A stretch of DNA of 63,481 nucleotides, counting the filler, from Octopus bimaculoides (lineage: Eukaryota): NCBI RefSeq assembly GCF_001194135.2. It is 5 parts of 4 records of this genome, joined end to end, with 100 filler letters (N's around TTAATTAATTAA, not from the genome) between each part and the next. Parts side by side here need not be neighbours in the genome. Positions count along the whole stretch, not along the records: positions 20,230 to 37,956 come from NC_068981.1; 4 more parts are not named here. One strand, written 5' to 3'. The position numbers were made by a program, and so were the translations under genes. The notes under the pieces were generated by a model. That model worked only from the letters and a program-made list of their open reading frames with translations, did not search any database and had not been told where the DNA came from. Positions 24,277 through 36,745 of this stretch are shown piece after piece; within the stretch, counting starts at the first letter, position 1, and each line of letters opens with the position of its first letter.

Positions 24277-24285
24277 TGATGATAG

Positions 24286-24328
<43 letters not shown>

Positions 24329-24355
24329 AATAATGATAATAATAATAATAATAAT

Positions 24356-24440
<85 letters not shown>

Positions 24441-24734
24441 TCATCATTATCATTATTAGCATTATTGCCATTGTGAGCACATTCGTCGTCGTCATCATCA
24501 TCATCAGCATCGTCGTCGTCGTCGTCATGGTTGTCGTCGTCCTCCTTACCACAACTGTTTACCCTCACCTTGATACTTTCCGCACTCGTCATCCTCGTTG
24601 CCTCAGCCTCCCATTCATTAATATCATAACTGCCTGCAGTTTCCTTTTCATCGTTATCGACTTCACCCTTATGCGATCCCAACCAGCACGACGACGACGA
24701 CGACGACCACCACCACCACCACCACCACCACCAC
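24277..24734. repeat. Compound trinucleotide array (GAT)n(AAT)n(CAT/CGT)n(GAC)n(CAC)n
   Basis: Direct inspection; source of poly-D/N/I/P ORFs. Confidence 0.95.
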
Positions 24735-26765
24735 NNNNNNNNNNNNNNNNNNNNNNNNNNNNNNNNNNNNNNNNNNNNNNNNNNNNNNNNNNNNNNNNNN
24801 NNNNNNNNNNNNNNNNNNNNNNNNNNNNNNNNNNNNNNNNNNNNNNNNNNNNNNNNNNNNNNNNNNNNNNNNNNNNNNNNNNNNNNNNNNNNNNNNNNNN
24901 NNNNNNNNNNNNNNNNNNNNNNNNNNNNNNNNNNNNNNNNNNNNNNNNNNNNNNNNNNNNNNNNNNNNNNNNNNNNNNNNNNNNNNNNNNNNNNNNNNNN
25001 NNNNNNNNNNNNNNNNNNNNNNNNNNNNNNNNNNNNNNNNNNNNNNNNNNNNNNNNNNNNNNNNNNNNNNNNNNNNNNNNNNNNNNNNNNNNNNNNNNNN
25101 NNNNNNNNNNNNNNNNNNNNNNNNGTGTGTGTGTGTGTGTGTGTGTGTGCAATGGAAGTGGGATGGTGAACATTCAATGCTGAAAAGAAAAATCAAACAG
25201 CGTTTCAACTCTGTGTGAGTATATGTGTGTATGTGTGTGCATGTACAAGGGAAGTATGTGAATGTTTGTATGTGTGAACCACCGTCCTTTCAGTAACAAA
25301 CGATGATCGATGCCACATCTCAAAAGACAACCGCAAGACAACATTGTCAAGTGTATGAATTTAAATTACCATCTATATTTATATATAAAATACTACATTT
25401 AGCTGTCATTTTTGACGGTACGGGGTCACCTGGTTATTAATATACCCTTTTAGCCGTTTCTAACAGGGACTGTATTGCAGTATACATGAGACTGTATAAC
25501 ATAGCTAACTTTAAGTATGTAATAATAAAAATAAATCGCTCTCGAAAAATACATCAGTGACTTCTATAAACTCAATAATTATTTACAGTTCGATAAAACA
25601 GGCTATTTAAGAGTTAACAGAATGCCATGGATTGCCTGTTATGGAATACAAACCATCTTCATGAAGATCGATATTGTACTTATTCTACAGCTTTCGGTAG
25701 TACATAAGTCAGTGGTATAGCTGTTAAATACAGCTATGTCATCTAATCTACCTAATATCACACCGTTTGAAAAATAACGGCATTCGAAAACAATAAACAA
25801 AACAAAAGGTACCCTAGATACAGTAAATACATTATCACTAAAAACATACAGAGTTTCAGTTCTCTACATTTACCTTCTTTTTTTTTCTTTAATATATTCG
25901 ATAGCTCATGGAATAATATGAAAAAGCTTTCTCACTTGGCCTATTTCTCCATTATTATTGATGTAGCGACCAGTCTAGAGAAAATGGGATGTTCTTAGCT
26001 GGAAAGTGTTAAATGATATTAATCTACTCCACTATGGCTTGATTTGAAAGATACTCAATCACAACAACAATCTATGGTTCACAACACTGAATTATGTGGG
26101 TTTTGACGAATAGGTGTTTTGTTTACCGTGGCAATATTTATCACAAAGAAAGAAATATGAATTAAGTGATAAAAAATAACAAACCAAACCGAACAGTAGA
26201 AATTGTTGACAAAAAAATTTAGTTAATCGGCTAATAATAATGCTACTGTCGATAATAACAATGATGATATTAATGATAACGATATATTAGATGAGCTTAA
26301 ATACGTAAATAATCATAAAAGAATATCTCAAGATAAATATTATTGTTTAAAGAAAATACAACCGAAAATAGATGCATATGAAGATAAATAAATATATGTA
26401 CTTGTATATATATATATATACATATATGAGTGTGTATGTGTGTGTATGTGTTGTGTGTATTTGTGTACAAATTTCTATTTACAAAATGAATATTTTTTAA
26501 ATCATGATGGAAAGCTGAGATAATTAAAAGCTAAATACCAATTAAGAAGAAAGAAAATGAAAATATACAGAACTGTGAACTACTGATAAAATCTAATTTC
26601 ATAATGATAATTTTAAAATTTCAACTTTTCCCAGGGAGTTAAATTTTGGTTTATAAATTGCCAGGAGAAGGAATGAAGATATCGCAGATGTGACAAATGC
26701 GTCTGAATGTGAAGGAAAAGCAACACTACAAAAACATACGATTGATAATATTGGATAGTTTGAAG

Positions 26766-26945
26766 GCGAAATGCTTAGCAGTATTTCGTCTGTTTTTACG
26801 CTCTGAGTTCAAATTCCGCCGAGGTCGACTTTTCCTTTCATCCTTTCGGGGTTGTTAAATTAAGTACCACTTGCGTACTGGGGTAGATCTAATCGACTGG
26901 CACCCTCCACAAAAATTTCGGGCCTCCTAGAGTAGAAAAGAATAT
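26766..26945 (+). mobile_element. SINE family A, 5'-truncated
   Basis: ggcgaaatgcttagcagtatttcgtctg...gagtagaaaagaat. Confidence 0.9.
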
Positions 26946-26980
26946 TGGATAGCTTGATTTTAAAAATGTATTGAATGCAT

Positions 26981-27120
26981 AGGCGCAGTCGTTGCTGTGT
27001 AATTAAGAAACTCACTTTGCAAAAGCATGGCTTCGGCTTCCATTCCACTGTGCAGAATCTTGGTCAGGTGTCTTTAACGATAACCTCGGGTACACCAAAA
27101 GCCTTGAGAGTTCGCCGTAA
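26981..27120 (+). mobile_element. SINE family B head, diverged
   Basis: aggcgcagtcgttgctgtgtaattaag...ccactgtgcagaatcttggtcaggtgtc...ccaaaagccttgagag. Confidence 0.75.
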
Positions 27121-27154
27121 ACACACACACACACGCACAGGCGCGCGAGCGTGT

Positions 27155-27905
27155 CTTTGAGCTTGTCCAAAAGCTTCACGATCGGTATTGGTTTGTTAAT
27201 GTCTCTGACACCTAGAGGTTCAGCATAAGAGGCCTCTGGAGTAGGTACCAGAGTTAAGACGGGGAGATTTTTCTCGGTGTAAAATACCGCAGATGTCAAG
27301 AGAAACGATGAGGATGCTCTTGATTGAGCTGCGCCTCTGACCTGCCTTCTTCGGTCGTGGAGTTGAAGGGCTCTTCCATTGTGACGACTGCTGCTTCGTC
27401 TCAGGGTCGTACCCGTAGACGCAAATCTCGTCACTGTGATGGGTCATCAGTGGAACGCTGATGGAGATTTGACGGACTTTGACGCGATGATCTTTCTGCT
27501 CGGTGGTCACCAGACGGGGGACAAACTTACCAAAAGACACGTCGCATGTTTAGTTCAGACGTTAGGCTTGCCATATCGGAGCCATACGACTGACCAACAA
27601 CATACAGCAATGTCGTTGGTTGTCCTCTGACGATCCTCATACACAAGCTGATGGATTTTCTCTACATTTTCGTGGGGGTGACACTCGTGGCAGATCTTCC
27701 AGATAGCTCATCGTTTTTCAAGGACATTCTTCCACTTTTGAAGTACCCATGCCGCCACTCGAAACATTGCATATGATCCATTGCCTCGTCACCGTCATGC
27801 TCAATATCTCTGTAGCAAACTTCCCGAGTTTAAAGCAAAATTTCAGATTGGTTTTTTTTTACCTGTCCATGACAAAATCGCAAACTACAGCAGACACGTG
27901 ATCAC
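27155..27905 (-). mobile_element. mariner transposase pseudogene (N-terminal and central part)
   Basis: KFVPRLVTTEQK (WVPRLL-type motif), DEICVYGYDPETKQQSSQW, PRPKKA; stops and frameshifts; leader homologous to 31230-31310. Confidence 0.9.
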
Positions 27906-27972
27906 ACAACCCCCCCCCCCCCAAATATATATATATATAAACAAGTAAAGTTAATCACCTCATCGATATAAC

Positions 27973-28080
27973 TGTTACTACCGTTTTAACCCTAGGCAGA
28001 TCTTCTGACATCTACTTATAGGTGCAGCCTGCATCTATAACTACCTGGCAGATCTACCTGGGGTTAAAATAGTAATAACA
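27973..28080. repeat. 108-bp imperfect palindrome (small foldback or MITE)
   Basis: 31-bp arms match 26/31; inner palindrome tataggtgcag-c-ctgcatctata. Confidence 0.75.
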
Positions 28081-30083
28081 CAGAACAGCCAAATCAAAAT
28101 TAACTTTACTTGTTAGGATAATTACTATTCTCATCTCTTATTGAGATTTTCCAACAACTGGCTACTTTGTTCACACACACACACAGACATACACACAAAC
28201 ATACATACACGCACAAACACATACACACACACACACATGTACATATATTCGTACACACACTCCTATGAATATAATTGTGCTGTAACATGACATGCATCAG
28301 TACGCTTCAGGGTATGTTAAAGCACACGCAGACATACATGCATACACATATATTTATTACCAAATCAAAGAAGTGAGCTATGTTGTCTTCCATGTTTTGA
28401 CAGCCGTTTCGGAATATGTATCTACTCCCATCAACGACACCAATTCGTCTCCACCACACACACATATAGATACATAAACATAACGATACACATACATGCA
28501 TATAAATATAATTGTGCTGTAACATAATGAATAGATTACTCATTAAAACGAATAATGGCAAGACATATTTCAGAACTGTTAGATTCAGCAAGTTTTCTTA
28601 TAACATATTAACGGTAAAGCATGGAAGACTGCCAAACACATTTATAGTCTGCTACAACATAATGAGAAAACTTGCCAGATGTAGCAAATATCCTACGTCC
28701 ACTTGCCATGATCAGGTCTGATAGGTATTCTGTTAACTTCGTTATTTTACAATTGTATTTATAAGTATATATGTGTACCTATCTGTGTATTTATTTATAT
28801 GTGTATTAGACGATCTCAGAAAATACAGTTAATATAACCTCTCCGCCATTATGACGCGTAGATTTTTCAGAATTGTGGTGAGGATAAACTTTAGTCTCAA
28901 ATATTGGTGATAATCAGTATGTAACAATACAAAGTTCATACAAAGCTTTATACTTTAAATATATTTTATCATCAACGAATGTATATATGCATTTTAATAC
29001 TCGAACTGTTTTTTAACATTTTTTTATTATTCTCAAAGACTTTTGATAATCTTTTTCTAAAAAAGTGAAACCGGTTAAGTAAATAAATATTAAAAAAAAA
29101 TAAGTGCATTTTCAAACCTTCTTTCGTATATATTTCCACTCGTACGATATTCCACAACTTTACTTTATTATATATATATATATATNNNNNNNNNNNNNNN
29201 NNNNNNNNNNNNNNNNNNNNNNNNNNNNNNNNNNNNNNNNNNNNNNNNNNNNNNNNNNNNNNNNNNNNNNNNNNNNNNNNNNNNNNNNNNNNNNNNNNNN
29301 NNNNNNNNNNNNNNNNNNNNNNNNNNNNNNNNNNNNNNNNNNNNNNNNNNNNNNNNNNNNNNNNNNNNNNNNNNNNNNNNNNNNNNNNNNNNNNNNNNNN
29401 NNNNNNNNNNNNNNNNNNNNNNNNNNNNNNNNNNNNNNNNNNNNNNNNNNNNNNNNNNNNNNNNNNNNNNNNNNNNNNNNNNNNNNNNNNNNNNNNNNNN
29501 NNNNNNNNNNNNNNNNNNNNNNNNNNNNNNNNNNNNNNNNNNNNNNNNNNNNNNNNNNNNNNNNNNNNNNNNNNNNNNNNNNNNNNNNNNNNNNNNNNNN
29601 NNNNNNNNNNNNNNNNNNNNNNNNNNNNNNNNNNNNNNNNNNNNNNNNNNNNNNNNNNNNNNNNNNNNNNNNNNNNNNNNNNNNNNNNNNNNNNNNNNNN
29701 NNNNNNNNNNNNNNNNNNNNNNNNNNNNNNNNNNNNNNNNNNNNNNNNNNNNNNNNNNNNNNNNNNNNNNNNNNNNNNNNNNNNNNNNNNNNNNNNNNNN
29801 NNNNNNNNNNNNNNNNNNNNNNNNNNNNNNNNNNNNNNNNNNNNNNNNNNNNNNNNNNNNNNNNNNNNNNNNNNNNNNNNNNNNNNNNNNNNNNNNNNNN
29901 NNNNNNNNNNNNNNNNNNNNNNNNNNNNNNNNNNNNNNNNNNNNNNNNNNNNNNNNNNNNNNNNNNNNNNNNNNNNNNNNNNNNNNNNNNNNNNNNNNNN
30001 NNNNNNNNNNNNNNNNNNNNNNNNNNNNNNNNNNNNNNNNNNNNNNNNNNNNNNNNNNNNNNNNNNNNNNCACACACGCACAC

Positions 30084-30119
<36 letters not shown>

Positions 30120-30719
30120 CTCAATTAGTCTGTAGCAGTTACCACTATTTGTATATAGGTGAGGTACCCAAAAGTAACCGGAAACCTTCAGGCTTCTATC
30201 GTTAGAAGCCACTTGATGCGACCCTCAGGAATTAGTCTTGAACAACGCCACATCTTCTCCCTCCACATATATAACTTCCTGTATGCATTTTGTAAAACCA
30301 TTACAATATGTGATGGAGATAATAGTGTGGAAAAATACAATACAAAAACGATGGTTTACGATTTTGCTTTGTATTTCAACATGTCAGCTTTGAAAGTGGT
30401 TATCACTGAAAAATGCAGATTGAATTTAGATCTGATTTGTGCAGATATATGGGAGAGAATAAGTGTAGGGCTTTAATAGTTAATTTGCAGGGCGCTACTC
30501 ATGCCTGTTGCTGGTGAATGGATTTAATGTTTCAGAAAGTATACTCTCATTAAAACTAAAATTTCCATTATCCTGTTCTATACCTTTTACATTAATCGTG
30601 ATAGATTATTAAAATATATCCCAACAAGTGGTTGGCTCATATCAATATATTTCAACCTTTTGTGTACAAAAGGCGCTGTTTCCCCATTTAACCTTTTTCA
30701 TAGTACTAATACAGTATCC

Positions 30720-31020
30720 TCAAATATCCCCATCTAACAAGCTATCCGACACAAATTCATGTTTTCTCGAATCACCAGCAATGGTGATGTCCATCCCAGG
30801 CCTTGCTTTCAGCATAGTACCGAATCTTTTCCGTGGGCTGAGAGACTTCCGGAATTATTGCTGTCCGATCTACAATTGTTCGGGGTCTTGGCCCCATCCT
30901 AAACCTATCCTGAACGTAAACCACATCGAACTCACTAAACCTGGAGGACCTGAAAAGGTTTAGTACGAAGGATCTTCCTCGTGACTTAGTCATTAAAATA
31001 GCTACGTTCACAGCACGCAT
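30720..31020 (-). mobile_element. Decayed apurinic-type endonuclease of an L1/Tx1-like LINE
   Basis: MRAVNVA...FDVVYVQD at the start and GMDITIAGD (IIAGDFN-like) in a shifted frame. Confidence 0.45.
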
Positions 31021-31078
31021 ATAAAAGTACCCGAACAAGAAATATATTATTATATGACAATTAGCTACTCGTGTAGTA

Positions 31079-31965
31079 TAAAGTGATATCAAAATGTTAC
31101 CGGTCTAGTTCTGTAGCGCGCAAACAGATGGCAGCACCCCTTTGTATGCGCAGGAAGAGCTAGCAATGACTTTCATGAGGCAGTGTGCTGAGTGACACTG
31201 CAGTGCTTACTTCGAAAGTTTTGGAATCTATGCTTTTGTTATCACGTGTATGCTGTAGTCTGCGATTTTGTCATGGACAGTAAAAAGAGCCAACCTGAAA
31301 TTTTGAAAGTCTGCTACAGAGACATTGAGCATGCTTCGACAAGCTTAGGGTGATAAGACCATAGGTCATACGTTATGTTTTGAGTGGAATGAGAGCTTCA
31401 AAAGCGGAAGGGTGTCCCTGGAAGATGATGGACGATCTGGAAGACCTGCCACGAGCGTCATCCCTGGAAACGTGTTATTGTGCATCGGGAATTCTTCCAC
31501 CAAGGCCAAACCATCAATCGAGAGTTCTACAATGACGTATTGAAGCATTTGAGGGAGGAAATTCTTTGAAAGCGACCGGTTCTGTGAAGCGCAAAGAACT
31601 GGAGTCATCATCGAGCTCTCCTCACTTGTGAGTTTTTCACCAAATACAATATAGTATCGTTTCTGCACCCGCCCTATTCGCCAGATTTAGTACCTGCAGA
31701 CTTTCATCTCTTCCCCAACATGAAAATGTAGCTGAAAGGTCGGCATTTTAACACCGTTGTCGAGATCCAGAGCGAACCACAGAAAGTCCTCGACTCACTT
31801 ACAGAAAATGACTTCCAGGCCGGATTCCAAAAGTGGCAAGAACGTTGGGACCAGAGTATTGCTGCGCAATGTGACTTTCGAAGGAGATAATGTTAAAACT
31901 GAGGTAAATAAGTTATTTATTTTTATTAAACATAACCAGTCCTGGAAATGTTTGATACCACTTTG
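31079..31965 (+). mobile_element. mariner element, internally deleted, both TIRs retained
   Basis: Imperfect TIRs taaagtgatatcaaaa/tttgataccactttg flanked by TA; remnants SLEDDGRSGRPATS, HPPYSPDLVPADFHLFP, KWQERW. Confidence 0.9.
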
Positions 31966-32020
31966 TAAGCTTTGGTCGACTTGCTTAGTATATTCACGAG
32001 TTGTGTCATACTGAGTGTGC

Positions 32021-32095
32021 TGACATGTTTAATGTGTTGACATGATTAATGTATTGACATGTTTAATGTGTTGACATGTTTTGTGTGGTGACGTT
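32021..32095. repeat. 17-bp minisatellite (tgacatgtttaatgtgt), 4 copies plus a partial
   Basis: Units start at 32021, 32038, 32055, 32072. Confidence 0.85.
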
Positions 32096-32211
32096 AAGTG
32101 TGTTCATTAGTCAAAATGGTCTTCATTTTCTGGTTTAATTATTTTAATGCAGCTGCACGTTTTGAGTCACTAAATGCATTCAAAACACAACCGGGTTTCT
32201 AAGTTTCCCCT

Positions 32212-32216
<5 letters not shown>

Positions 32217-32283
<67 letters not shown>
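32217..32283. repeat. (CTA)n(CTG)n microsatellite
   Basis: Direct inspection. Confidence 0.95.
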
Positions 32284-32999
32284 AGAATTGCTGATATTAT
32301 CTCTTAAGCCCGCGTCAGCTCTAACCAAGCTGACTTATGATCAAATCAAAGTATTCCGAGCACGACGATCTCATCATATTTTAAGATAATGTAGCTGTGA
32401 TCACATCTTCACATATACTTTTCTTTAAAAAATGAAAATCAGGGCAGAATTTGGCTGCAATTTCTAGCATTTCGATTGACCAAGACGTAATTTCTTCTAC
32501 AATGTATTTTAAGATGTTGTTTTGAGACTATGGTAATTCTATTTATTTTAGAGTTAGCTTCCACAAAATTATTGATTTTTTGTTTGGTATTTACATTCTT
32601 CGGTATTTAGATTGTTGCCTTTGGTAATGTATGTAATTTCAGCATTCCCGCTGTAAATGCTTTAAGCAGAACAACATATTTCTGGCATCGACAGCATGCT
32701 GCGTTAGCATATACAATATTTAGCGTATTTGTCTTACACTGTCGATTTTAATCCATTATAATTAATTATTTTATTGTCGTTGAATTTCATTGTAGATTCA
32801 GATTACCCGAGTTAATACAGTTTACAAACACTGTGTCATGGCTGGATAATCTCGATTCTCTGAAAGCGTCTCATTGGGAATATGAGAAATTCGCTTCAGT
32901 TTACATTTGCCATATATCAGTCACATCACTGAGAAATACATCGAGTTCTGAATATGTAAACATATTAACACAGTCCTCTTCAATAATACAAAGTCACGT

Positions 33000-33073
33000 C
33001 TGTTACAAAAAAGAAAAACAAACAAAAAGAAAACACCTGTTACAAAAAAGAAAAACAAACAAAAAGAAAACAC
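33000..33073. repeat. Perfect 37-bp tandem duplication
   Basis: ctgttacaaaaaagaaaaacaaacaaaaagaaaacac twice; on the minus strand each copy is a polypyrimidine tract plus CAG. Confidence 0.95.
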
Positions 33074-33125
33074 CTGTACAATGCCAGCTTTATGCAGCAA
33101 CAGCAAACAGCTGCCTACTACTCAC

Positions 33126-33158
33126 CAAAGCTGCTGTAAATGCGAGGCTTCATAATCT
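33126..33158 (-). CDS. Candidate 33-nt exon (phase 1 to 1): IMKPRIYSSF
   Basis: Donor TTG|GTGAGT; weak acceptor gattaacag; phase-compatible with 33768-33824. Confidence 0.2.
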
Positions 33159-33767
33159 CTGTTAATCACTTACTTATTATCTGACATTTATAACATAACC
33201 AAAGCTGCATTGTGAAGACAATCTCCAAGGCTGGAAAGTGCATTATTTTTAATTAGTGGTTGCATCTTTATAAAACTCAAATAAAGTCCGCTTCGAAACT
33301 GCTCAAACATGGAAATGTGCTGCTACTACATACGCTAACATCCTACATTACAATCAAAAGAGCCCGTTATACTGACAGAAAAATTTATTCACCAGCACTG
33401 TTATCAGCACTGTTACCACCAGCGCACAGAAGCGTCCACGTTTCTTCTCTTATTTTATTTAAGCCACTATTACAGCCTTTTCAGTTTCTTTGTTGTGAGT
33501 AACTGCATGAAATCTCAGTTCCGACTAGCTGAATTAGATATTTCTCCTCACATCATAGTTATCATTTCTCACCTATTTTGGTCTTATACTAAATATTTTC
33601 CCTCAACCTTTACTCTACAGAACAGCACATCACAGCGATCTTCTGAAATTTACTTCCTTTCAATCTTTATCCCTCTAAACTCCATTTACAGATATTCAAA
33701 CTGAACATCGATTGCACCGTTCTCACTCTTCCCCAAGATTTCCCAATACTGATAGTTGCTAACTTAC

Positions 33768-33824
33768 CTTTCCCGGCTAAAATACTAAAAATAAAATCCG
33801 ACTTGCCGTTATCTTCATTAAATT
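33768..33824 (-). CDS. Candidate 57-nt exon (phase 1 to 1): FNEDNGKSDFIFSILAGK
   Basis: Consensus donor AAG|GTAAGT, acceptor aatttgttacag; an alternative acceptor would give a 9-nt microexon CCGGGAAAG. Confidence 0.3.
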
Positions 33825-34044
33825 CTGTAACAAATTTGACAACTCGCATACAATACAACATTGTGAAACGTAATGTGAGAATGTAGCAAAGTTGTCAAAA
33901 TAATTCACCATATGCACAGAAACTAAAATTAAATAAATAAACTGGTTCTAAAGACTAAGCTGATTTTACAAATGATTCTTATTGTTTCTCGAACGTATTT
34001 GAATTGGCCACTGACTGGACACTGGGGAAAACCACCCAAGGAAT

Positions 34045-34495
34045 GGACAGCTGTATGACTGGCAGAATTTCTATGATCATGTCCTTTTTTTCATGGGGTA
34101 GTTCTCAGACTCCTCCTCCATAGGGTCTCATCAGAAAGAATCCTATTGGATTTTCCGGCTAGACTCCGAATCATGACCAACTGAGACTATGAATATTATG
34201 AAACAATCACTTTATTGGTCTACCTCTACGCCTCCTGCCGATTAGCTTGGCATGAAAAACCTGTCTTGCGATTTCTTCCTGTGACATTCTAAACACATGT
34301 CGTTGTAACGAAGCTGTGACCTCTCAGTGCAGGGAAATAATGGCCCAACTTAAAGAGAGTCTCTGATCTCCTATCTAGACCCTCTATTGAGTAAAGTTTT
34401 ACCAGAGATCATTTGGAGGAACCATACTTCGGTCGCTTGGATTTGCAAGTGTACTTTTTCAGTGTTACCCAGCATTCTGCCAAGACACTACCCAA
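34045..34495 (-). mobile_element. RTE-clade LINE 3' end, decayed
   Basis: Minus strand gives LQIQATEVWFLQMISG, HVFRMSQEEIARQVF and GRRRRGRP, the typical RTE C-terminal pattern, with stops and frameshifts. Confidence 0.75.
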
Positions 34496-34837
34496 AATAG
34501 AAGAAGTATTTGTTTGCTTATATAAGTACACCATAACCTAACATTGTTCTCTACGCAAGCGCTATAAATACACAATGGAAGATGAATAGAATACACCGAG
34601 CACAAATACATGCTTAGGGTAAAGAAATAAATATTTGCAACAAAGAATTGTCTTTAGTTTGATAGCACCATCAATAACAATGGAAAATAAACGAAACAAG
34701 AAGGGGTTCTGTTATAAACAAAATAAGAAGGGGTTCTGAACTATAAAATATTTCATCTAAAAAATGCGGAGAAGTGAAACTGAATGGTATCTTTCGACAC
34801 AGCTATTTTCTTCAGCGGACGTAGATCATAATATTGG

Positions 34838-35030
34838 TTTCAAATTTTGGCACAAGGCTAGCAATTGTGGGGGAAAGGAACTATTCGATTATATCGACCT
34901 CATAGTTCAACTGGTATCTATTTTATCGACCCCGAAAGGATGAAAGGCAAAATCGACATTTGAACTCAGATCGTGAAATCGGATGAAATGCCACTTAGCA
35001 TTTATTCCGGTGCTGTAATGGAGGTCAGCA
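34838..35030 (-). mobile_element. SINE family A
   Basis: ttttatcgaccccgaaaggatgaaaggcaaaatcgac...tttgaactcaga on the plus strand. Confidence 0.85.
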
Positions 35031-36434
35031 AGTTGATGTTCAGATTCCATATCAAGTCTATGATCAAAGGCGTTCCAGAAATGACAGTCACATTTTCTTT
35101 TGAGATAAAAAATTATATTATGGTCAAAATGCCAGTCTCTGACGCAGTACCACAAATCTTCAAGACGAAAACCAGCTCGAGGAGGGACGCAGGAGTAAAA
35201 TCAGGAGTATTTGAGTGCTTTGTCTCGTATCTCTTCATAATGAGTTTCAAATCCTCTTGGATTAGATCTCAAGTTTAATCATCACAAAATCAATAAAATA
35301 AGTACCAGTAATTCACTAGGATTGATTGAATCGATTTTATTCTTTAGATATTTTTGGCCTTCTGTTTCTAACGAAGGTATCAATACAAATGGAGAAATGT
35401 CAAACTAAGTTTGATGTGATTGTTATCCATGTTTGATGGAGGAAACTTGTCATCGAAGTCATTCCAGTTGTCACTGTTCAGTTTTTTGCTAGGCATTGTA
35501 TATCTACGAATACATTATCCATTGTGTACTTTCATTTCAATAAGACAGTTAGGAGAGAAATTTAACTACTATTACTGTCAGGTCAAGTACACGTTGTGGT
35601 TCCCAGTATTTGCATTAGACATGTAACTTGTTTATTGAGATCAAGTTTTGATATGTAAAACACTGTTGGAAAAGTGATTTCTATAATAGATAACATACAA
35701 GATGTGTTTGATATAGCCTTCGGCAACGATTAAAAAATAAACACTATTTACAGTTGGAGTAAACAAATATAGCACAATTCTAGAAGATATACACAGTGGA
35801 GCTAGTAAGGTATTAACGAAAATTCCTGGTCATATCACGATATCTAAAGCACTTTTTTGTGATTTTAGAAAAGACGTCGACAAAGAGTGACGAACAAGAA
35901 GAAACAAATGCGAAAATAGGAAAGACTATGACTTATTTTAGTATTCGAACAACAAGAGAAAAAAATTTTTAAAACACCAACTCGATTTGAACACTGGTAA
36001 TAAATCATTAAATTTCATTAAAGAAAGAAAAAACAAAACAAAACAAAAACAAAGTATAACCGTATAAAGATAAAATAAAAATTAAAAATGCATCATATGA
36101 TTGAAAACTGTCACGAAGTCTGAATGATAAAAATCTAGGAAAGCATAAGAAGTTGCTAGCGAAGGATATCACATAGTCACACTTATATATACATGGGTTC
36201 AGTTAATAAAAATATATAAAACAGAACGAAATAGAAAACACACATGTATACACTCGCAGATACATATATAGTGACAAAGCTAACACGATACAGATATATA
36301 CGAAAAAGTTCTAATATTATACAGAACGAAAGAAAAATATTTAAAGATGCCAAAACAAGGAAACATTCTTGAAAGGTCTAAATCAACTCAGATTACAATT
36401 GACAGTTGCGTTGCAAAATTCGAAAATAAAACTA

Positions 36435-36477
<43 letters not shown>

Positions 36478-36691
36478 AATGTGAGTGTGTGTACATACAT
36501 ATGTGGGTATATATGTATGTATGTATGTATGTTTATATGCATATATGTGTTTGTGTGTATGTTCCCAAATACACATGCACACATGTAAGTAAGTATGTGA
36601 ACGTATTATCTTTCCAAATTCAAGCAGATATTCACTAAACAATGGACATTGAGAACAGAGCAGTAATCTGAGACACTCTAAACTTTTACAG

Positions 36692-36745
36692 TTGTTGGAA
36701 ATTTTTAAAGCATATAAGCACGAACTATCTCCACTAACACGCAAG
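36692..36745 (+). CDS. Weak candidate exon (54 nt, phase 0 to 0): LLEIFKAYKHELSPLTRK
   Basis: Acceptor cttttacag, donor AAG|GTAACA; isolated, no linked exon found. Confidence 0.2.

Noticed and set aside
25936-25974. Minus-strand 39-nt candidate exon TGRYINNNGEIGQ
   Set aside because: Moderate splice sites, no phase-linked neighbour; within chance expectation.
28268-28525. 21-bp direct repeat aatataattgtgctgtaacat
   Set aside because: Embedded in CA/TA-rich degenerate repeat; likely slippage duplication.
30155-30260. Possible mariner or Tc1 terminus
   Set aside because: One TIR-like end only, no partner or coding remnant.
32021-32095. CRISPR-like repeat
   Set aside because: Contiguous 17-bp units with no spacers, no cas genes, eukaryotic context.
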